A stretch of 26,665 nucleotides of DNA from assembly GCA_002269645.1 (NCBI GenBank), contig NIVC01002489.1:1-26665 (forward strand), written 5' to 3'. Each line of letters begins with the position of its first letter. The first letter of the stretch is position 1. Source of the DNA: Macrostomum lignano (Eukaryota). Made by a program: the position numbers and the translations under genes. This document shows, piece by piece, positions 19,229-26,665 of the stretch. The notes under the pieces are model-generated. The model was not told where the DNA came from. It ran no database searches and worked only from the letters and a program-made list of their open reading frames with translations.

Positions 19229-22200
19229 TCAGTGGTCGCCAGCCATGCCCGGCACTTCCTGGAGTGCAGCCCGCACAATGTCCTCAACCATTTTACTGGT
19301 TGATTCCACAGTGAGGACCTCCCCAGGCGGTCGGGACAGGGCCTGCACAACCACTTGAGTCAGAGAGCGGGTGATCAGGGGCAACAGCATGCTCACCACC
19401 GACATAAAGTCACTAAGCTGCAGCTGCACCGCCTGGCCGGCATCAGCTGACGGAGCAGTCGCATTGACATCAGACTCGGTCTCTGCCGCCGGAGCGCTCC
19501 TGGCATCATCGGTCACGATGACAAGCGGCCGGATCGCGGCGGGTACCGGCACCGTGCGCCTGCCTCGGCGGATCAGCCAGCCGCTGTCGGAGTCGTCGTC
19601 GGCGGCGGCGTCGTCGGTCTCACTTGACACTGGGGCAGCAGCGGCCGCAGCTTCCGCAGCTCGCGCCGCGGCTTTGGCCTCAGCAGCCGCTCTGGTCGCC
19701 TTGTCGTGCTCCGCCTTGGCGACGGTGCAGGCTCGACTGGTGGTTCGGTGCGAGCCGCCGCAGTTGGCGCAGACCGCTGGGCCCTCGTGCTGGCACTCCT
19801 TCCAGGAATGCTGGCCGCCGCAAATCCGGCAGCGCTGCTGCCCCCGACACTGAGCAGCGCGGTGGCCGAACTCCTGGCAGCGCTGGCATTGCAGAGCGCG
19901 GACCGGCTCGTCTGTGCGGCTGTCCTCGCAGTTGAACTTCAAGAAGTCGGTGCAGATGCCATCGCGGAGGCACTTCTCGTAGGTCATCGCCGACTTTGTG
20001 AAGATGCGCACGAACTGGGTTGCCTTCCAGTCGCTCTGGCTCGGATTCTGTGGACGCTGACAATGTCCAGCTTGAGCGTGCCGCGCAACAGGGTCGCGAA
20101 GTCAGCCTCCGAGAATGCGAGGGGCACCTCAGTAGCGACGAAGGTGCGTACCGGCTGCTGCTGCACTCTGTCGGGCCCTGTTCTGTTGTCCAGCGGTCGG
20201 GCTCGGGCTGGACGGCGCTTTACGGGATGCTCGAGCAGCTTCTCCTCGCGCAGCGCGCCGCCCAGGAAGACGTTGTAGTCCCGCTCCGACGCTGGGAACA
20301 CGAGATAGGCCGGCTGATTCGCCATCGGCGCAGTGTTGACGGCTCTAGCTTCGCCGGCAAAGTTGGTCTGCAGCCAGGCAACGAACTGCATCAGCTTGTT
20401 GGCCGCGTCCCGGTGCACCTCAAAAACGATCGGCGGGATGGCAGCCTGGGGCCTTCTGGGCGGCGCAGGGCGCGCCGCAACCTGCGCGTAGGGCCGCGCT
20501 GCCGCAGCCGCCTGCGCGCTTGTCGCCGAAGCCGCCGCCGCACCGGCCGGCCAGGAAGCCGCCGAAGCCGCCGCCGCACCGGACGCCGCGCCGCGACCTC
20601 CTCGCCTGCCTCGCTGGTGGCCGCCACGGCCGCGCCGACCCCGATCGCCTTCGCGGTCTCGCGTCGCCGTCGCCTGCCGCTCCTGGGGCCTGTCGTCGCC
20701 CCGGCCGCCCTGGTCGTCGTCGTGGCCGCCTTGGTCGTCGTCCCGACCGCCTTGGTCGTCGCCGAATGGGCCGCCGTTGAGCGGCTGGCTGTAGGTCGGG
20801 TCATCCGGCAGAGCTCGCTTGCGCCGCAGCTCCGGCTTGGTGACACGGAATGTTAGCGAGATGCGGACGCCATTCTGAGAGTGGGCGGCGGGCACCTGGT
20901 GCTGCAGGCGTTTCTGGCAGTTTCCTGCCATCAGAATCAGCGAGCCTGGCAGCGTTGGAAAGCGGTGCGTCACGTTGCCGTCCCGACGGCGCAGCATGAA
21001 CAGCCGCTCAGCGCCGAAGGACACGGTCGCGATCGTCGGCCTGTCGCCGAGCTCATCCTCATCGTCCGAGTGCCAGGGAATCCGGTCTCCCGGCTCGGTG
21101 TAGAAGTTCACCAACACGGAGTTGAACTTCGGGACATCGAACTGGGTATCATGGTAAATGAAGTCACGAATGTCTTCAATTACCTGATGCCAGTTTAGAT
21201 TTTCCTTCAGCTCAACCCCGCTGTAGGTGTACGACGGGCCGATCCAGTAGACGCGGCGCTGCTCACTCGGACGATGCTGAAAGGCTTGAGGCAGCAGGTC
21301 GGTGATCAGGCGCTCGTAGACTTGGTCCGCGACCTCGCTCAGGAACTTGGGCGCATAGATGATGGTGCTGTCGCTAGCGTAGATCGTCTGCTGACAGTCA
21401 GTCAAGTCAGGCTCATCAGGGAAGATGATTTGACTGATGTCAGCGTCCAGTTGCTCGGCAGGGGGCTTTGGCAGCGTCGAGGCCTGGTCTGCAGCCGATT
21501 GCTGGCGCTCCTCAGACGTCGGCGCTGCCGCTGCCGCACTGAGCTCGCTGGACTCGGCAGTTGGTGGCTCGGTGGTTGCTGCGGCCTCGTTGGATGGCAG
21601 GGCGCTTGTCTGGCCTGGCTCGTCGCAGTCGAGAGACATGCGCTGCTCTGCCTCTGCGCCTGCAGCCTCCGGCAGCTGCTCATTCTCTCGCAGGATCTCC
21701 TCTGCGTTGCGCAAGAGCTCGCCGGCCGGTGGGCTGATCGAGTGGCGGCCTTCCAGACTGCGTCGAGCTCGCATCAGGCCTGCTGGCGGCGGGCTCGCAG
21801 TCGATGGCTCAGCTGTCGGCGTCAGTCCAAGAAGCTGGCGACCGTAGGCTTCGTTCGGACGATACCGGTGCTCAAGAGTAGGGATTCCAATCCCGGGATC
21901 CCGGGATCCCGGGATCCCGGGATTGGGGCCAAAAATCCGGGATTTGAATCCCGGGATTTTTTTGGGAATCGAATCCCGGGATTTTTAATCCCGGGATTGC
22001 AAAAGACCGGGATCGGGATCCCGGGATTTCAAGGCCTTAATCCCGGGATTGGTCCGGGATTAGAACGACCTTTCAATGCCTAAATTAGATAATTTAAAGT
22101 CTAAACGTTTATTTGAATAATAAAACATTTATTTGTTTTTGCTGTTTCTCAATGAAACGTTAAACATTTGCAAAGCTCCTGTCCTAATTGAGCTAAAAAT

Positions 22201-22871
22201 TGTTAATGTGAACTGTAAATTATAGATAATTTTAACTTTTTTTCGTTTTCTACCACGAGACGAGACTGAGGGCCTTTTCATATTGCTTGCTCTGGTTCCA
22301 GAACAAGAACCAATTTGTGAAGTATAACTTTTTGTCTCCATAACTAGAGGGAGATACGTGCTATAAAGTTTTTATTATTGAATGACAGTCGCCAAGAAGA
22401 AAGTGAAAAATTGTGCTAAGTGAGGCTGTTAAGGCAGTCAAATATTAACAGAGTTTAATAGTTATACTGCTGTTTTTCTTGGAATTCCGAACCGATTCTG
22501 GTTCTGGAATTGGTAATATGAAAAGGCCCTGAGACTCTGAGAGTCGCGAGACCATGACTACTGCACGCGGCACGCCGCACAGTCCGTCTAGCAATTTAGG
22601 GATTCCAATCCCGGGATCCCGGGATCCCGGGATTGGGGCCAAAAATCCGGGATTTGAATCCCGGGATTTTTTTGGGAATCGAATCCCGGGATTTTTAATC
22701 CCGGGATTGCAAAAGCACCGGGATTCCGGGATTTTGAATCCCGGGATTTCAACAGCATCGGGATTTCGGGACTATTCAATCCCGGGATTGTAAAATGTCG
22801 GGATTTTGGAATCCCTACTCAAGAGAGGGCCGGCAGTCCATCTTTTTAGCGCTGGCGCGATTTGCAGCCAT
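19229..22871 (-). pseudogene. ORF1 of copy C (AlkB domain ~20845..21387), disrupted after about codon 17 by the MITE
   Basis: ATG at 22871 (MAANRASAKKMDCRPSL), MITE at 21879..22817, then a 596-aa open stretch 19984..21774 holding the intact AlkB domain and a 260-aa stretch 19229..20011 with three zinc knuckles. Confidence 0.92.
21879..22817. mobile_element. Non-autonomous hAT-type DNA transposon (MITE), 939 bp
   Basis: Terminal inverted repeats TAGGGATTCCAA / TTGGAATCCCTA; 8-bp TSD CTCAAGAG at 21871..21878 and 22818..22825. Copy B has a single CTCGAGAG at this site. Many subterminal ATCCCGGGAT palindromes. Confidence 0.9.
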
Positions 22872-23090
22872 ATGGCGTGATTATTTGGGTGCACTCACAC
22901 TAAACTAAACTAGACAACTACTAATGAGACAGGAGGCACACAAAGTGCGCTCGCTGAGAGGGGTGGGGCGACTGCAAGATAAGACTAGGGGTGGGGTAGA
23001 GATAAAAACAAATGTACAGTGGAATGGAAGGCTAACTAAAGTACTTTTAAGAGCTAAGCTAGGCTAGTCTAAACTATTCTATTTCTAATA

Positions 23091-23205
23091 AGCCTTTCTA
23101 GGAAAGGCCTGCAAAAACTAGAGAATTCTCCTAAGAGTATCCCTCCACGGAAATCTTTAGTAAAAGGCGAAAGATTTAATCGTGGAATGAAGAGAAACCA
23201 GAGCT
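23091..23205 (-). ncRNA. U5: Complete chimeric U5 snRNA gene (host 5' half 23159..23205 + element-borne 3' half 23091..23158), ~115 nt
   Basis: AGCTCTGGTTTCTCTTCA...AAATCTTTC-GCCTTTTAC-TAAAGATTTCCGTGGAG carries the invariant U5 loop I and stem Ic. Stem Ib TTTCTCTTCA/TGGAGGGATA, Sm-like AGTTTTTG, 3' hairpin GGCCTTTC-CTA-GAAAGGCT. Ends are approximate. Confidence 0.92.
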
Positions 23206-23290
23206 GAGGATTGTAGGCGGCATAGCTTAGATTATATAGAAATATTTTCTACAACCTGAATGAAACCTTCGTTTTCGTAAAGCAATTATT
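23206..23290 (-). promoter_or_regulatory. Presumed snRNA promoter region upstream of U5
   Basis: Position only. A TATATAAT-like word lies ~26-35 nt upstream; no PSE consensus could be recognised without knowing the species. Confidence 0.3.
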
Positions 23291-23639
23291 AAAAAAACAG
23301 CATTGAAGATTTTAAAGGCAGTGTTTAACAATATCTCCGAACAATTAATGTGACTAATTCAACTTTAAGTTAAATGTTTCACTGGCTCGTAATACAACAC
23401 ACGATTTCCAAATATTTTTTACAGATTCTTAAGCTAGTTTTATGATTAAGAGGTTTTTGTATTCTAACTTGCATGCTAATTTCCGTGACATTCCATGCTG
23501 ATTTCCGTGCATGCTAAATCTCTCTACTGACTTAAGTGGCATTATTTGTGCACGAAAGCCAGTTTTAGTCTAGGCACATAAATATTTTTTCTATGCTGTA
23601 AAAAGTGGGAAGGGTAGGCAGGAAAATTTCGGTGGGTCG

Positions 23640-24580
23640 GCATCATACGCCCGAAAAATCACAACTCCGAAAACATTTCCCATCATAAACCCGAAATATC
23701 ACAAGCCCGATATATCATAACTCCGAAAAACAAAATAGCAACGCCCATCATAAACCCGAAATATCAATAACTCCGAAAGTTCTAGCAATGTCCATCACTA
23801 TTTTGGTTTTCGGAGTTATGGTAATTCGGGTTTATGATATTTCGGGTTTGTGATATTTCGGGTTTGTGATATTTCTGGTTTGTGACATTTCGGGTTTGTG
23901 ATATTTTGGGTTCGTGATATTTCTGGTTTGTGACATTTCGGGTTTGTGATATTTCGAGTTTGTGATATTTCTGGTTTGTGATATTTCGGGCTTGTGATAT
24001 TTCTGGTTTGTGACATTTCGGGTTTGTGATATTTCGGGTTTGTGATATTTCGGGTTTGTGATATTTCGGGTTTGTGACATTTCGGGTTTGTGATATTTCG
24101 GGTTTGTGACATTTCGGGTTTGTGATATTTCTGGTTTGTGACACTCGGGTTTGTGATATTTCGGGTTTGTGATATTTCGGGTTTGTGATATTTCGGGTTT
24201 GTGATATTTCGGGTTTGTGATATATCGGGTTTATGACATTTCGGGTTTGTGATATTTCGGGTTTGTGACATTTCGGGTTTGTGATATTTCTGGTTTGTGA
24301 CATTTCGGGTTTGTGATATTTCGGGTTTGTGATATTTCGGGTTTGTGATATTTCGGGTTTGTGATATTTCGGGTTTGTGATATTTCGGGTTTGTGATATA
24401 TCGGGTTTGTGATATTTCGGGTTTGTGACATTTCGGGTTTGTGATATTTCGGGTTTGTGATATTTCGGGTTTGTGATATTTCTGGTTTGTGACATTTCGG
24501 GTTTGTGATATTTCGGATTTGTGATATTTCGGGTTTGTGATATTTCGGGTTTGTGATATTTCGGGTTTGTGATGTCCCCC
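23640..24580. repeat. 16-bp tandem array (GATATTTCGGGTTTGT, ~47 copies, ~23808..24573) facing a short inverted set of the same motif (~23645..23780); foldback-like
   Basis: Exact inverted words ATAACTCCGAAAA/TTTTCGGAGTTAT and ATCATAAACCCGAA/TTCGGGTTTATGAT. The 16-aa periodic ORFs reflect three 16-bp units. Confidence 0.85.
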
Positions 24581-25187
24581 AGTACCTAGTTTTATTTAAA
24601 GCCAGCCAGATTCTACAATATATTTGACAAAACATTGCTTAGGTGAACTACAGTGTGCAGTGAGGTGACTGCCGAGTTTTCAGGAACCGCCTGTCAGCAA
24701 GACAGGCTAACGTTGGGCGCCCCCCACCCAGTTAATAATTAGGAGTTATTACGCAATACTTTAGTGGTGTTTGAACAGTGTCATGGAATTACATGGTGTA
24801 TGCCAATACCCTATAATGACATATCTTAGCTATACGTGTATAATATAGGCCATACTTAACTATTGTTCCAGCATAGATTGGCTCAATCGCTTTCTTATAT
24901 CAATCCAGCTCTTGCCTCGTTAACTGGTTCCGATTGTCATCATTACAATCAATCTATTGTCAACAATGGTCAGAGAAAACTTATTAGTCGCCTAACTTAT
25001 TAAAATTAATTCTTGTAGTTTCAAGATCTTACGCTTGAGCTGTTGAATTTTAGAAATGTTAATGATTTCTCAAATTATTAGAAATTGTTACTAAGGCGAG
25101 TAAGGAGTAGAACAGGTTGATAAATTCGACTTGGTTGCGCTAAGGGTTGTCTCAGTTCAGCTAATGACGAATCTCTGAGGAAGCCAA

Positions 25188-25258
25188 GACAGACAGAATT
25201 GCAGAGAGACAGAATTGCAGACAGTCAGACAGAATTGCAGGCAGACAGACAGAATTGC

Positions 25259-25291
<33 letters not shown>

Positions 25292-25442
25292 GTCAGACAG
25301 TCAGACAGAATTGCAGACAGACAGACAGAATTGCAGACAGACAGAGAATTACAGACAGACAGAATTGCAGACAGAGAATTGCATACAGACAAAATTGCAG
25401 ACAGACAGACAGAATTTCAGACAGACAGAATCGCAGACAGAA
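25188..25442. repeat. (GACA)n microsatellite interspersed with GAATTGCA
   Basis: Direct reading: CAGACAGACAGAATTGCAGACAG repeats. Confidence 0.9.
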
Positions 25443-26270
25443 GCAGACAGGCGGCACAGAAGCAGACAGGCGGCACAGAAGCAGACAGGAGGCACACAAG
25501 CAGACAGGCGGCACAGAAGCAGACAGGAGGCACAGAAGCAGACAGGAGGCACACAAGCAGACAGGCGGCACAGAAGCAGACAGGAGGCACACAAGCAGAC
25601 AGGAGGCACACAAGCAGACAGGAGGCACACAAGCAGACAGGCGGCACAGAAGCAGACAGGAGGCACACAAGCAGACAGGAGGCACACAAGCAGACAGGCG
25701 GCACAGAAGCAGACAGGCGGCACAGAAGCAGACAGGCGGCACAGAAGCAGACAGGAGGCACAGAAGCAGACAGGAGGCACAGAAGCAGACAGGCGGCACA
25801 GAAGCAGACAGGAGGCACACAAGCAGACAGGCGGCACAGAAGCAGACAGGAGGCACACAAGCAGACAGGAGGCACACAAGCAGACAGGCGGCACAGAAGC
25901 AGACAGGCGGCACAGAAGCAGACAGGCGGCACAGAAGCAGACAGGAGGCACAGAAGCAGACAGGAGGCACAGAAGCAGACAGGCGGCACAGAAGCAGACA
26001 GGAGGCACACAAGCAGACAGGCGGCACAGAAGCAGACAGGAGGCACACAAGCAGACAGGAGGCACACAAGCAGACAGGCGGCACAGAAGCAGACAGGCGG
26101 CACAGAAGCAGACAGGAGGCACAGAAGCAGACAGGAGGCACAGAAGCAGACAGGCGGCACAGAAGCAGACAGGAGGCACACAAGCAGACAGGCGCACAGA
26201 AGCAGACAGGAGGCACACAAGCAGACAGGAGGCACAGAAGCAGACAGGCGGCACACAAGCAGACAGGCGG
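25443..26270. repeat. 19-bp minisatellite GCAGACAGG(C/A)GGCACA(G/C)AA, ~43 copies
   Basis: Exact 19-bp period (units at 25443, 25633, 25823, 26013) with two polymorphic positions. Confidence 0.95.
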
Positions 26271-26665
26271 CAGGACTGCACCGCAGCGCAGGGGAAATCC
26301 AAGCCGCAATCCGCTCACGCACGGCAAAGCTGATTCGGCTTCAGCAGAGGTAGTCCGTTTCCATCCAGCTATCAAAGCAGGCACAAATGAAGCTCGTTGG
26401 TGCATAATGAGCTGAGCTCGGCTCAAAGCAGGCGGCGCCAATTCCCATGGGGGATTTTTCTCCCCAAAATACGCTCGTACATATTAGCATGCAGGACCTA
26501 TGGGATAATTCTATTCCGGTCTTCGCCCGCGCCTTCCCCACTTGATTTGGCCCCTTCTTCCCCTCTCTAAAAGCCAAATATTGCGCAGGAGGAAGCTTAA
26601 GCGGGGCGGGGCGGAGGGAGGGCCGGAGGCAAAATATAGGTCTTTGTTCCCCCCCGAAAATCCCT

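Larger units (their letters stand above)
15761..23158 (-). mobile_element. LINE copy C, full length, ORF1 interrupted by a MITE
   Basis: Near-identical to copy B end to end by eye. The 3' tail TTTTAACAAC joins the U5-like head of B, and the 5' head joins the U5 5' half at 23159. Confidence 0.96.

Noticed and set aside
22129-22642. hAT transposase remnant inside the MITE
   Set aside because: The short ORFs show no BED finger, DDE or hAT dimerisation motif that I can recognise.
23782-24635. ORFs with SQTRNITNPKYHKPEI repeats
   Set aside because: Artefact of the 16-bp tandem array, open in all three minus-strand frames.
23808-26270. CRISPR-like arrays
   Set aside because: The repeats are contiguous with no unique spacers, there are no cas genes, and the context is eukaryotic.
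25199-26441. Six long ORFs (301-386 aa) on both strands
   Set aside because: They are translations of stop-free GACA and 19-bp repeats; the 19-aa periodicity equals three repeat units and no protein features are present.

Overview
Eukaryotic, probably invertebrate, repeat-rich genomic DNA with no ordinary host protein gene. The window is dominated by three minus-strand copies of one non-LTR retrotransposon (LINE): A (1..~2010, partial), B (9309..15760) and C (15761..23158). ORF1 (~900 aa) fuses an ALKBH2/3-like AlkB 2OG-Fe(II) dioxygenase domain to a gag-like region with three CCHC zinc knuckles. ORF2 (~940 aa) encodes an APE endonuclease plus reverse transcriptase. B and C lie head-to-tail inside a single U5 snRNA gene, inserted just after the invariant loop I (GCCTTTTACT^AAAGATTTCC). 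The U5 5' half is at 23159..23205 and the native-looking 3' half is displaced 13.85 kb to 9240..9308. Each element carries at its own 5' end a diverged but structurally conserved U5 3' half, with an Sm-like site and a terminal hairpin showing compensatory base-pair changes. Insertion therefore rebuilds a complete chimeric U5 gene (23091..23205) and regenerates the target for the next insertion. A decayed older element-tail/U5 junction sits at 9127..9213. Other content: a 939-bp hAT-type MITE with 8-bp TSD interrupting ORF1 of copy C, two clusters of non-autonomous Helitrons, two tRNA-SINE-like heads, a foldback-like 16-bp array and several minisatellites. Many single-base deletions, often in short homopolymer runs, differ between near-identical copies and look like long-read errors, so frameshifts should not be over-interpreted.
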